DNA of 63,500 nucleotides, counting the filler, from Hausera hauseri (Eukaryota): the NCBI GenBank assembly GCA_046269625.1. It is 13 parts of 13 records of this genome, joined end to end, with 100 filler letters (N's around TTAATTAATTAA, not from the genome) between each part and the next. Parts side by side here need not be neighbours in the genome. Positions count along the whole stretch, not along the records: positions 8,688 to 12,796 come from JBJURY010756430.1; positions 12,897 to 19,371 come from JBJURY010096320.1; positions 19,472 to 23,790 come from JBJURY010637775.1; 10 more parts are not named here. The stretch is one strand, 5' to 3'. The position numbers and the translations under genes are program-made. This document shows, one piece after another, positions 11,702-23,890 of this stretch. The first letter of the stretch is position 1. Every line of letters begins with the position of its first letter. The notes under the pieces were generated by a model. The model had not been told where the DNA came from, ran no database searches, and worked only from the letters and a program-made list of their open reading frames with translations.

Positions 11702-12169
11702 ATAATTTTTAAAATTAAAAATCAGTGACTAATCTAAATTCGACTAAGTCGATTCACGAACCACACACACAAAACTCAAATTTGGTGCGCAAGAACTTCA
11801 TGTTGCAAAATAGAACTCTTGTGCACATTTCCCGAAAGCCGTATATACAATTCGTGAACCGACCCCGCAAAATAAGTGATTGAACAAAGTAAAATGAGTA
11901 AAATAATTTGTATTTTTAAAATAATTTATATTTTTTGGTGGTTGCAATTGTAAAGCAAAGAAAAAGGTTCACAAGTAATTTACAATTAACAGCATAATAA
12001 AAACGCCCATCATAGAGGCTCGACAATACATATACAAGAAAATTACAAGAAAATAAAAGTATGTTTCAAGGGGTCAATAATGTTTCACTGTGTTATCGGT
12101 CGATCAAAATATCTGTCAATAATGTTTCAATATCTGGTCAATAATGTTTCCAGGGGTTGCCAATCAATC

Positions 12170-12796
12170 CTAACATTTCTCCACCTTTTGAAAAAGAATC
12201 CGGTCCTCCGGATCACTCTGGGTACTGACATCGATAAAACTGAGATTTCTGGGTTTGATTGTCAAAGTCGCATCATTCACTGGGTTCATCCAATGGCATA
12301 ATCGCTGGGTACGGTTGTCATATGTATAGCAGAAATGATAATAGACTGATGGTTGTCTGCAGTATGGACATGAAATACCGTTCTGAAAAGTCATTTGGAG
12401 AGCGTCCTCTGGGTCAATCGATTTGAGAGATTGGGATCGGAGTTTGTTGAAACAAGTTGCACATAGTTTGTGATTACATTGAAATTGAACTACTGTTATT
12501 CTTTCAGTGAGACATATAGTACATTAGTATGTAGGAAACTGGTCATAGTAGTGAGATTGTAATGTTGCCCATAGATCAGGAGGGGCTAGATCAGGTATAA
12601 GATCGATTGGGCATTTGCTGTAGACAGGAAACCAATCTTCTTGCAAAGATATTGGTAATGGTGGGCTATAAGAAATAGTTGGTGTGGGTATTATTGTAGG
12701 TACAGGTACTGGCAATTCGGGTAATGGTCTAGTAATTTGTTCTGGATGATAACGTGGGTGTGGTATTGAAGATGGTTGTCGTAGGAGAGTCATAAC
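12170..12796 (-). pseudogene. Pro-rich protein with C3HC4 RING finger, one in-frame TAA, 5'-truncated by the gap
   Basis: ORFs 12524-12793 and 12170-12394 are in the same frame. The intervening sequence reads *CTICLTERITVVQFQCNHKLCATCF…GISCPYCRQ. Confidence 0.75.
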
Positions 12797-12972
12797 NNNN
12801 NNNNNNNNNNNNNNNNNNNNNNNNNNNNNNNNNNNNNNNNTTAATTAATTAANNNNNNNNNNNNNNNNNNNNNNNNNNNNNNNNNNNNNNNNNNNNCTGC
12901 GCTGTCGTCGAGTAGAGCCTTTATGGTGTTTATATGTAAATTGTGAAAAATAAAAAGGGAATAGAAAGGAGA

Positions 12973-13028
12973 TGTAGTGCCGGGGAAGGGTTGGACCGCA
13001 CCAGTGGCGGACACACTCTGGCACTACT
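12973..13028. mobile_element. Short LTR-like remnant of the TGTAGTG…CACTACA gypsy family
   Basis: GC-rich 56 bp bounded by TGTAGTGCC and GGCACTAC inverted ends. Same terminal motif as the LTRs at 18079 and 35680. Confidence 0.5.
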
Positions 13029-13722
13029 TTTTTGTGTTAAATATAGCGAATTTGGAAACTTGCTCTAAATGAACAGTGATGCTCTTAAAAGGGACTGGAG
13101 TGGAAATGCCATTTATAAACTCTTTAATCCACTTAGACATCGGAATAATAAGAGGCCGTGGTACGTCAGATTTGTGTTCGTGTCGTCCATTTGTCGACAG
13201 TGATGGAAATTGCAGTTGAGAAATAGCAACAGCACGTAGTTGGCCATCCTTAAATGGTTTACTTCTTACTTTAAGAACAGTCAATACTGTACTCTCATCA
13301 CCAGTGTTGATTAAAAAATTTAAATTATCTGGATAATCGAAGAAAGTGAATTTTCTATGACCCAAATATATCTCCAAAAATTGTACCAAATCTTCCCCTG
13401 TCGTATTTTTAATAATTTTTGTTATTTCTACGCAGTAATGTCGATTATGTGGTGATGATTTTATAAACGGAACGATATATTGGGACGGTATGCTTCCATA
13501 TTCATCGGGTACGTTAAAGATATCAGAATCGGATACGGACTTTGTGATGAAACTGACACTTTTAACCAACCTAGAATTCGAATATGAAGCTTCGGATATT
13601 CTATTCTTAGGTACAAATTGCATGTAGACGTAATCACCTGGACGCTTTACTTGATCCTGTTCAATTCTTATTCCATTTTTAGGTTGTGTGGATTGCTTTA
13701 AAATTTTCAAAAATCGTTTCAA
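13024..13722 (-). CDS. Unidentified 232-aa ORF fragment (possibly RRM-like), probably a captured host gene piece
   Basis: Open frame with no ATG start, co-oriented with neighbouring gene fragments. Weak RRM-like pattern (YCVEITKIIKNTTGEDLVQFLE). Confidence 0.3.
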   Translation of the reverse strand: MKRFLKILKQSTQPKNGIRIEQDQVKRPGDYVYMQFVPKNRISEASYSNSRLVKSVSFITKSVSDSDIFNVPDEYGSIPSQYIVPFIKSSPHNRHYCVEITKIIKNTTGEDLVQFLEIYLGHRKFTFFDYPDNLNFLINTGDESTVLTVLKVRSKPFKDGQLRAVAISQLQFPSLSTNGRHEHKSDVPRPLIIPMSKWIKEFINGISTPVPFKSITVHLEQVSKFAIFNTKK

Positions 13723-14328
13723 ACGTAATTAGCGACAATAGTAATGTTAAATTAACAAAGGTACTTACATTCGTTGAGGCTGGTTCCAACCAAGCAGGCC
13801 TTTCGGTATAATTATGATTTTGACCCACAGTTAATGCTGGTTTCATTTTTTATCAGACCGATTGTCACTGATGGAAAAGGGTGCCTTTGAAAAAGACGAG
13901 TTCTTTTCAGTACCATTTTATCTGATGACAGTTAATCGCGAATTTAATATCCTATTGATATCTTCGCAAAAGGTTTCTCCCTCTTTATCATCATTCAATA
14001 ACACCCTATACGAATCCCATTTACGATCTTCGACTTCCCTTTTAAATGTTTTAGACATCTTTAGAAACTTTTCCAGCCATGCGGTCTGTCGAGCATTATC
14101 AAGATCGCAGTAAACTGCAAGATTCCGTGTAACATATAACAAGACCTCAACATGTTAGTTAAGGCGTTTAGTGGCCAATAAAAATATTCTCATCAATACT
14201 AATTCGTTGAAATTAATGGAAAAATTCTTGGACAATTCCAGAACCGATATATTCGGTCGGCGATTTTGTCGAGGAATAATATTCGATGGAAGCATATCGC
14301 GAGATACATTATCGGGAATCGGTTTCAG

Positions 14329-16437
14329 TTCAGCGACTGCTAACTTCTGTTTTTGTGGTGCAACAGGTTTTGAAACATAATCGTATTTATCAAGAGCTCT
14401 AATCCATTTACACAATCCCTCACACGCTGTACTATCGTTTCGAAATATTTTAGGATCAAAATACGGATTTGGAATGTAGTTATCGCGCAAACATTTCATA
14501 TATTGTGGATTAATTTTGTTAATATTGTAATATTTCAGTCTTTCCAAAAATTTGATATTGCTAAGAATTTTTACTGAAAGTGGGCAAAAATCTACGATCA
14601 CTTTCCCAGGGGATAGGTCAGGCTTTCCATCTGGTTTTTTACCTAACATCATACAGGCTGCTTCTAAGACAAATTTGATAACGCTTGGTGGATTCTTCAT
14701 AGTTCGCACTAATGTTGTGTCATTTAGTTTAAGAGTATTTAAAGAAGCTAATGCATCGTTTAAAATTGGGAGTGCTTCTGCTAAATCAGCTTCGCATTCA
14801 TCTTTAATGACGTGGCTTACAGATTCTTTTTCATTTGCTACTGCCTGATCAGCAACCAACAATTCCCGTTTGACTTCTACCTCTACTGCATCTTGTTCAA
14901 CCTTTTCTAAAAATCGATCTGTTTGTCCTGATGTTTCAATTAGTTGAGGTTGTAAAGCTTTTAAATTCATTTCTCAGTGTGAGTAATTCATTCCGTTTAA
15001 CATTAAGTAGTTTCTTGCAAATTTTAATTAACTCCAGATATGACGTTGGAGTTACGTAATTATGCCTTCTTAAGGTACTAAGAAATTTCTTGGACAATAG
15101 TCGAACACTTTCATAATAAAATCTACATAGCGATAATTGCATCTCTCGTATTGTCATTCATTTCAATATCTTCCAAAAATTTATTGGCAGCCATTTCTAG
15201 TGCATCTTGGGGCCAAACTAGGAAACGTATTCAGTCGGTTTCTTAATGCGTCTCCGATAATACTCATTGCCAATACAATGTGTAGATTTTGTTTAACTCG
15301 TTCTGTAAAGTAGTTATAAAATGCCATTGGCGTTGAATCAATTTTTCGACCTTCCATTCTTGCGGTACTTTGAATTTTCTCCAAAAGTTCTGTCTTCTCA
15401 TTGGCTGCATATAAATTTGGAACATCCCCGTGTTTAGAAGCACTGATATATCCTCGATGAATGACTGCTGTTCGACTAGGTTGTCAGAAAAGAGGAATGT
15501 GATTGGCTTTGCATCATATCCAGCCTTTGTTAAAAGCTTTTCTAATTTATCACGCCATTCGTAATGGCCATAATTCAGAGTTATTTTTATCACAGAGTTC
15601 ATATTCCGCCATCGTGTTGCCATTTTCGACGCACTCTGCCTTTCACTAAGAATCAAATGACCGAGAATTTTATCAATATTTGTCTTAAAACAATCGGCAG
15701 ATGTTGATTTGACAATGTCGAAAAATTTTGTTCGGTCTTCATCCATTGTTAATCTATCGTAGAATACTCGGTGTACCTCATGGACCCAAAGTCTCATTAA
15801 TTTGTCTGTGTTGGTCATATGTGTACTGGGGATCAATAAAACGCCTTTAATAACTCTGGCGAAGTCTCGAAGAATAAAAACGTAGAGATTTAGCTGGTGG
15901 TGGTAAAAAGTTCAAAATGGTTTCTTTGTAAACAGTCATTGTTGTAGTAAACAATATCTTTCCAAGTCTACAAGATGCAGAATCAAATCCATGTTCAAAA
16001 CGCCAATCGACAAAAACGGTAAATATGCGAGTCATTGTATCATCCGAAAATTCGTTTATACACAGAATATTGAAGTGCCGTACCATGCGATAACTTATGT
16101 CATTTCAACCGCAACCCGGTAAACCCATTGCATCCATGAGTAAAGAATCAACAAGCATCAATTTACTAGTATCTTTCTTATCATACCAACGACCAAGATT
16201 AATCCACTGTCTTAATAACTGGATAAGAGATGGAGCTCCATATTTTTCTTTTGCGGGCATACTGAGGTCATCAAGGAAAACCACGCAACGTTTTTTAGGA
16301 GGTGGACCATAAACGCCTTTGCGTCGCCTGTCTAGTTTAGACATGATTATATCCTGAGTCTGCTGATGCTCTGCCAGAAAAATTTATGTTATGTGCCAAA
16401 TATCTGTCCTTTGGCAAGTGAACAATATAATTATTGT
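14329..16437 (-). pseudogene. Axonemal inner-arm dynein heavy chain fragment (DNAH3/7/12-like; AAA3-AAA4-stalk), intronless, frameshifted, internally deleted
   Basis: INFSGRASA…TQDIIMSKLDRRRKGVYGPP…FLDDLSMPAKEKYGA; RLWVHEVHRVFYDRL; NLHIVLAMS; RRHNYVTPTSYLELI; ECEADLAEALP…MKNPP; ACEGLCKWIRAL. Confidence 0.92.
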
Positions 16438-17330
16438 TCAAAATACAATACACCACAATTGACCATCAAGGCTGATTCGTGGAGTCAATTTCGATTTGTT
16501 CTCATAACGGATTTTCTTCGCTTGACGAGTTGCCAAATCAAAATAAAATATATCACTGCACCGTTGAAAACAATAAACCAAACCCAAATTGAATGACGTC
16601 TTTTTCACACCAGTTACCAACAAACCATTGGCAGTAGGATGACCAAAAACTGAACTGATATAATATCCAGAAAAAACAGTATTATTATCGATTATCTCAA
16701 CGGTTTCCTTCTAGATATTTGACATACAAATAACAAGATTTTCAACATAAGGTAATTGTTCACCAAATATCGTCTTGAATTTAGATTTCTCGTACGAAAT
16801 TCGATTCTTTACCGTCAGGTATTGTTTGGAAATGTAAAATGACTTCCGGCTTTTTCATTTCAGCAACGTAAACAAGTTGTTCATTTTCAGGCAACTAGTC
16901 AAAACTACCAAAATTGGATGTATATTTATAAATGGAGCCATGAGTATCAAAGTCGACCAGATTGAAGGATTTTATTAAACACTCCGATTTCAAGATAAAG
17001 ACAATATTCGTTTTAGAATCCTTTTTTTATTTCATCGGAACTGTTCTTTAACAGATAAATAGCTCGATAACCCGAATATTTTGATGGAACATCTCATACT
17101 TCATCATCTTGCAATATTGGAGGACTGCTGAATAGTAATTTTCCATCACTGTCTACGGTATAATTGATATATAATGTTCTTGATCTAGCCGACAAAAAAT
17201 CATTTAACGTCCACAGAGATGATATTTGATATGATCTTCCAAATTTCTGACACCAATGTCGTTTCCGCATTATAGACGCATAATTTAATTCCAAAGATGA
17301 TAAGAACAGATTTGATGATTTCTTTGATGA
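16438..17330 (-). pseudogene. APEH: Acylamino-acid-releasing enzyme N-terminal propeller fragment, intronless
   Basis: Reads KSFNLVDFDTHGSIY…FG; LVYVAEMKKP; FGEQL; FNLGLVYCFQRCSDIFYFDL…PRISLDG. These match recalled APEH motifs KSFNL…HGPVY…FG, LLYVAEKKRP, FRLGIRFCTNRRS and PRLSPD. Confidence 0.75.
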
Positions 17331-17871
17331 TGAACCCATGAATGGATTAGTTAAATCCAAATAAAGAAGAAGTCCACATTAGAATAATTCTTTATTTAAA
17401 CTTTTAAATTTCAAAATCCTTAATCAATTGCTTACATCAAACCATATCTTTCAGTCAAAATAACTATAAAATAAGTAAAAACAATTCACAAAACTCAACT
17501 CTATTAACACTAATGTTTTTCAAAAATAGGCATATTCAATAGTAAATGCAAAAATGACAATAATAATGAACAATGAGAACATCAATTTTATACAGGAATT
17601 AAATCACACCTGTCTGGCCAAGTTAAGCAAACGAGTGGCATGATCATCTTTTCATAGAATTTCTTTCTTGTATTGCAACATAAAATCCGCTGAATTTGTA
17701 TCCGCGACAGATTAGCCATTTCACCCCTTCACTCTTGACTCTGCTAATAATAGCAACATGTATCTCTGTCATAGCAGTGAAATCACTTCCATATGTGATT
17801 TTCAAATTTTCATTTTGTTCTGAACTATGGTCTTAACACCGTCTTGCCAAATTTGTAAAACACGGTTCGGA

Positions 17872-19371
17872 TGTTAGTAAACTGAGGAATTTTATTGTTG
17901 GGCCGATGAAAACAAATTGAAAATCTTGTTATTGCCGCTTCTTTCTTTCATTCTTTTGAAGTCTTGTACAACAACACGACAACGAAACAATTCAACCATT
18001 TTTTACGTGTCACACGGCGGGGAAATTCTCGTCACCGATCCGCTAACCCCTCCAGTGCAACTGTACTTCAGACACTACATCACCGCCGTGGCAAAATGAA
18101 GAATATAAAGAAAAAATAAATGTACCTATTCGGTTTTGGTCCGTGTTAGATGTTGGACTCCATCTATGAACTTCTCACTGCTCTAAGTACTAAATGTCAC
18201 TTGGCGTGACCTGTTAGATGTTACTGGTGCTTGCGGAGTTTTTTGAGGGAGAGATACTGTCGATTTTGTGGTGTTTTGGGAGAATACTTCATGAAGAGGT
18301 GAAAATGGAGAAGAAACTAAAAGAGGAAACGGATCACGCGAAGATGGCGAGACTGGGAATGGAAGCAAATCGTGCGATGAAGGTTAAGTGAGTGGTGGAT
18401 GTGCAGGCGATGACGGCAAAGTAGGTGTTGAAAGAGCAGTAGACGATGAAGGAAGTGAAGCAAACTGCTTGTGACGTAACAGCGATTACTGTGACGGATC
18501 AAAAACGTCAAGAAAATTAGATGATGGCTAAAGGGTAGAAAAGTTAGAGTTGGGATTTGAAACAATGCTGTTATCCTGGTCATCGTCAACGAAGAAAGCT
18601 GGCTTAAGATTAAAAATGTGTACATTTTGGGGTTTGTCCTTGCGTAAAATAGTAGCTGTATGCGAAGAAAGGTTGAGTAGTTTGTAAGTGTCAACGTATT
18701 GAGGCCGAAAACCAGAAGCTGACGGATCCTTTAGCCATACAAACTTGGCTAAATATAAGTCCTCTGGAATATAAGATTAGTCTTTGTTTATAAGACAACA
18801 AAAGGCGTTTGAGTTTGGGTTTGTGCCGCACGAATAACGTATCTGACGGACTTTCACAGAGATTGGAAAGCTCAAAGAGGGCACGAATTGGTGTTCCAAA
18901 GAGAGCCTCAGCTGGAGCACAACCTGTGGTGGTGGATGGCGTGTTGCGCCAACCAAGTAGGACAAGAGGAAGAATTGAGGTCCAGTTATGATTGTTGTTC
19001 GCCAGGATTTTTAAGGAAATCTTCATGGTGCGGTGAAATCTCTCCAGAAGACCATTTGCTTAAGGATGATACGGCGTCGTATGGAAATGGGTTATCCCCA
19101 AGTGCTTTACAAGAGATTTGAAAAGATCAGCTTCAAATTGCGGACCTTGGTCCGTTATAATTTGACGCGGTAAGCCAAAATGGCAGACGCATGTCTTGGT
19201 AAATTCATTTGCTACCGAGTCGATACTGGTTGACCGAAGTGGAACGGCTTCCGGCCAGCGAGAAGCGCGATCCATCATTAATAAGATATATTGATAGCCG
19301 TTATCGGATGTTAAAGGGCCGACAAGATCCAAATGAACAATGTCAAAAGGAGGTGTTCAAGGGAAGTGGTA
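17872..19371 (-). mobile_element. Ty3/gypsy 3' end: integrase core, Ser/Pro-rich tail and 3' LTR starting TGTAGTGTC at 18079
   Basis: DLVGPL…MDRASRWPEAVPL…TDQGPQFE…TTPYHP..NGLLERFHRT; LPLVLLGWRNTP. LTR start matches that at 35680. The far LTR boundary (~17872) is uncertain. Confidence 0.88.
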
Positions 19372-19471
19372 NNNNNNNNNNNNNNNNNNNNNNNNNNNNN
19401 NNNNNNNNNNNNNNNTTAATTAATTAANNNNNNNNNNNNNNNNNNNNNNNNNNNNNNNNNNNNNNNNNNNN

Positions 19472-19730
19472 AAAGCTCATCTTCACAGGATATTAGCGGC
19501 TCCAACTGCACAATGCACATGCCAAAACAGTCCCCAGGCACTGGAGCATGTTCTCCAGACATGTTTCATCCTCTTTAAGGACCCAAATATGTCCGGAACA
19601 AAACAGCATGGAAGAAAGTTGTGGGGCAGCCGCGAGGATCTCCTGCTGACGACCAGATTCATAGAGGCAACCCACTTTCTTGTCTAGACTCTGAGCATAA
19701 GAAACTGAACGAAGAAGAAGATGAGGAAGT
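19472..19730 (+). mobile_element. 3' end of a non-LTR retrotransposon (I/Nimb-like C-terminal zinc finger, GAA-rich tail)
   Basis: HLHRILAAPTAQCTCQNSPQALEHVLQTC…KLWGSREDLLLTTRFIEAT followed by GAAGAAGAAG. Confidence 0.55.
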
Positions 19731-21816
19731 ATTGTTATTATTATTTAATACGTTTCGTAAGGTAATATCAGTTAAGTTTGTAATGTCAAGATTGAACCAA
19801 GTCTTGTAGCTTGGGGCAACATTATTTTGTACTTCATCTTTCCCAGCTAGGACCTCGTAACAACCAATACCCCTCCGTTAAAGTGTCGTTGTTCTTATGA
19901 GCTGCTGGTTATCAGTGTAGATACATGTTGTGAGAAAGACTTGCCAACAGATTGACTTTACTTAGGAGGCAGAGTTATTTGTATGATCAAAGGCATGCTA
20001 CATATCGTGACATGGCATCGTTTATTTTGAAGATCTGAACTGAAAACACATATTATGTTTTATTGTATTGAATGTTACCTATATTGTCTTTTTTCGCATA
20101 TTCATTTTTTGTTCTCAAATCTAGAGCCTCAGCCTCGTGTATGATCATAGGAATCTGTTTTCAGCTTAACTTTTTTGAAGGAAATCGAAAGAAGACTGGC
20201 CATAGCCATGCAGAGGTTAATCAAGATGCCCAACATGGCATGGCAACTTGAAGTAAACCTTCTAAGCTCATTATTTCCCCCATGGTGACCTAAGGAGGTG
20301 AATCAAAAACAATTACACAAAAAGATTAAATGATCAGAAAGAAAGTGTTACAGAAATGTTCTCAGAATGTCATGGACAAAAGAGAAGCTAAATGCCTATC
20401 ACAAGACCTGAATGTCACAGATAAACAGTATCATGTCACAAACACTGTACTTTAGTCAGTTAAACACCTGGGAAAATCAAACAACAGTAATGGAAAGCAA
20501 GGTTCTTGACATTGGACACAAGACATTAAAGAAAAAGTGTCAATATGAAGCTGCAAGAGGCAGATGAGCTAGCAATAGTTTAGTCTTTGGTGGAGGCGAG
20601 GAGTACGGCTGTATCTGAAAGTATATGATAAGAAGAAGGTCATTCTGCAAACTAGTGTTAGTGTTACATGAAGTTGATAAGAAAACATCTGCTCACCTCT
20701 AGCCTAAAGTAATAACAACATCAGTCATTTACGATGCTAAGCCCTAACTTTAACACGTGTGTTACCCTCCAGCTTGCTCCTTATAGAGCATATAGTATAC
20801 AGTGGTATCAAATTAGAAATAATTAATGTAGGTCTGTGTCATTCACTGACAGGAATCACTCCCTTGTCCTCCTCTCAAGAGTTCTCTCCGTCCGTACAGT
20901 GATGCGGAAAAGGATATACTGCACGCAACAATAACAGGCTACCTCACTAACTTGACAATTTTGTTTTCTGGAGGATCGCTTAGTCACCGTGACAATACAA
21001 ACCGATGATTAGACTTAGACGATATCCTGGTGGTGCACTGCACATCCTGTTGTTGAGTATAAGTCTATGATATGATGGTCTACTCTGTATAAATAAATAG
21101 TACTAAAAGTGTCTACGAGGACGGGAAACTTTCGCCATTATAAGTGGAGTCACACACTTCGTAAAATGTATTCGTCTACATGATAACATATACTAATTCA
21201 TATCACAAACCTACAGCAGTAAGTTTAACTGTAGCAGTGCACCAAAGTTCAGAAGATAGCTAGCCGGAGATGGACTCGGGGTCAAAGGTCATGACGTAAT
21301 CCGGTCAATTTGTGCTGCCGGTTCACCCGATCAGCCCAATTGGGCCGTTCTGTTCTGGCTGTCAAAATGCCTCGAGATATTACGCCTTGTGGAAAGTCCC
21401 GAACGTCCATTTGACGCCTAAAGGCAGACGCATAGGGAAATGTGGAGTTAGTATCCACATTTTTCCTTGACACCGGCACATGATTGGGTTATGTTGTCAG
21501 CAGAGAATTTCTCCGGTACCCATTCTTGACACTGGGTGGACCCCTGGAGTCATTTCGGTCGAAAAAAAATCCACTGCTCACAGCTGGAACTGAATCCCCG
21601 ACCAGGAGATCGGCAGACACGCACACTAACAACTATGCCACCGCGGCTCCAGAAGTCCGAAAAATGAAAAGGGTTATTAAAGATGGCTGTTGGTGCCACG
21701 AAAAAGGCAAATTTGAGTGAGCGTTGATGCTTTCCAACAGTCACGGTGACATTCTACGAGGGTCGTAGTGCTGGTGTAGAGTTAAATAAGGCCTCCTAGA
21801 GAATCTCACACATCAA

Positions 21817-22060
21817 GGGGCTCAGTGGTCTCCAGGTAGCACGTCCGCCTCGAGTGGTAGAGGTCCAGGATTCAAATCCCAGTGGAATCACTTGGGATTT
21901 TTTCTCCCGAATCTTCTAATAAAATATACTCCTGATCTCCGGGTAGTGAGATCGGACGTCCGTGTACATTGTCGTGCACGTTAAAAATCTAGTGACAATT
22001 GAAAATCGAAAGAGTAGGCCTAGCGGCCGCTGTCCTAACAAAATTCTAGAAAAACCTACT
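21817..22060 (+). mobile_element. tRNA-derived SINE-like element
   Basis: GGGGCTCAGTGGTC…GGTAGC (A box region) and GGATTCAAATCCC (B box). No complete cloverleaf. Body contains GCACGTTAAAAATC. Confidence 0.55.
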
Positions 22061-22959
22061 CAATTTACAGGGTCCTCGCCAGTGCAATTGAGTAAGTGCA
22101 CTGATCCGAGATTCTTCAGAAATGAGAAGAATGGAGCATTTACGGATTTATACCCTACGACTAAAATCATACATTCTGCGGCGATGATTTCACACAGTCT
22201 CAAATGTACGATGTTAAATGATGAACAAGTGATCAATATGTGAAGCTGATTGGATTATGTCTAACCGAGCAGGACTACGTATTTTGTGTTGTGTATACGC
22301 TAGAAGCAAACATTTTTGTCGCCTCATAGGGTCTACTATAATGTGTTTTATGCCTCGTATCTAAGTAGGCCAAAATCTCCCCCACGTTTGTTTGTTTATT
22401 CAATATATCTACCATCTGGTCAAATGAAAACTTTACATTTCGGCAGAACATAATTTTAGCTAATATTTAGTGTATTGTTTGTATAACCTTTTGAGCAGCC
22501 AGCTTCATAATATATCGTCGAGTGCTTGTTAAAGCCAGCACAGTGCCACCATCAACACTGTCTGTTGTTTGCATTGAAAATCTACCCTCGCAAACACACA
22601 CGTAGATGCAAATGGAAATAAAGCATTGTGACATTTTGATACGATAGATTAAAAAAAAAAAAAACAACAAAAATTTTAAATAGTGGGGCCATTCTAAAAC
22701 AAAGGCGGAGGAGGGGGACCTTTTATTAACCGTTAAAATTTGTGTAGTCCTCAAACATGAGGCATTCCTCGTGTGTGAAAATCAAAAGCAGATCATTATC
22801 ATTGATATTAATAGAAGATAGCCAAAATTGAACCTTTTGGTACTCCTGAGGAAATATTTTAAGGTTCTGGCACTGTGTTCTCTTGCAGAACATACCACAT
22901 CCCGCCTTTAGTGAAAACACTGAATCAGCAGGATGATATTAGGATGAAAACTGTATTTC

Positions 22960-23340
22960 TGCAGTTTCAGAAACAGTAATATGTGATCAGTTTTATCAAC
23001 AGCCTTGCACATGTCAATTAGTAGTACTCCATTATTATTGTTATTGTTGGTATTTTAGTGCTACATTTCGGTTAACTTGATTAATAGATGATCGCAGAAG
23101 AAGAAGAAGGTTAACAATGATAGGCAGAAGTGTTTAGGGCGAAAACCAGATTAATTTTCACGTAGGAAACTGTAATTAGTAAGCTGCTACAGTACGCGTT
23201 TGTAGATATGGCGTTCAAGAGGTTTTGTAAGAATAAGAACAGAGAGATGGTCCTATATTTTTTCAGCAAGTTTTCAGTCTCCTCTTTTCAGTTTCGGTAT
23301 CACAAGTCACAATTTGAGACTGTCTGGACATTTTTTTAAT
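22960..23340 (-). mobile_element. Decayed non-LTR (CR1-like) reverse transcriptase fragment
   Basis: Remnants YRTISL (YRPISL), SGFRPKH and LIDMCKAVDKTDH (D.SKAFD..DH). Confidence 0.6.
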
Positions 23341-23710
23341 GAACAGACAAAGATTGTATATATATATACATACGTGAGTTGACTTGTTACCATCGACGCG
23401 ACCACTTTCAGTCTGTAGGACCATCTTCACTGCATGACGTTTTCTTAGGCAAATATTTAATTGAGAGAATATGTCTGTAATCGATTGTAGAGAAAATGTG
23501 GTGAAGGATGCTCCATTTAGGTACTGTATGACAAATTGTGTAATTAGTCAGCAGCAAGTCAGTTTTTGTCCGTGGAGGTGGAGACAGAGGAAAAGACGTG
23601 GGCAAAGGTATCGGCCATAAGAGTGGTAATTTTGACACTCATGAAGCGTTTTATCAATGAACTGATCTATGGCATCCCAGATTTCTGACGAATTTCTACC
23701 GTTTTGTATT

Positions 23711-23715
<5 letters not shown>

Positions 23716-23790
<75 letters not shown>
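23716..23790. repeat. (CT)n microsatellite at contig end
   Basis: Uninterrupted TC/CT run up to the gap. Confidence 0.97.
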
Positions 23791-23890
23791 NNNNNNNNNN
23801 NNNNNNNNNNNNNNNNNNNNNNNNNNNNNNNNNNTTAATTAATTAANNNNNNNNNNNNNNNNNNNNNNNNNNNNNNNNNNNNNNNNNNNN

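Noticed and set aside
21817-21892. tRNA gene
   Set aside because: A/B boxes are present but there is no complete cloverleaf or acceptor stem, and a SINE-like body follows.
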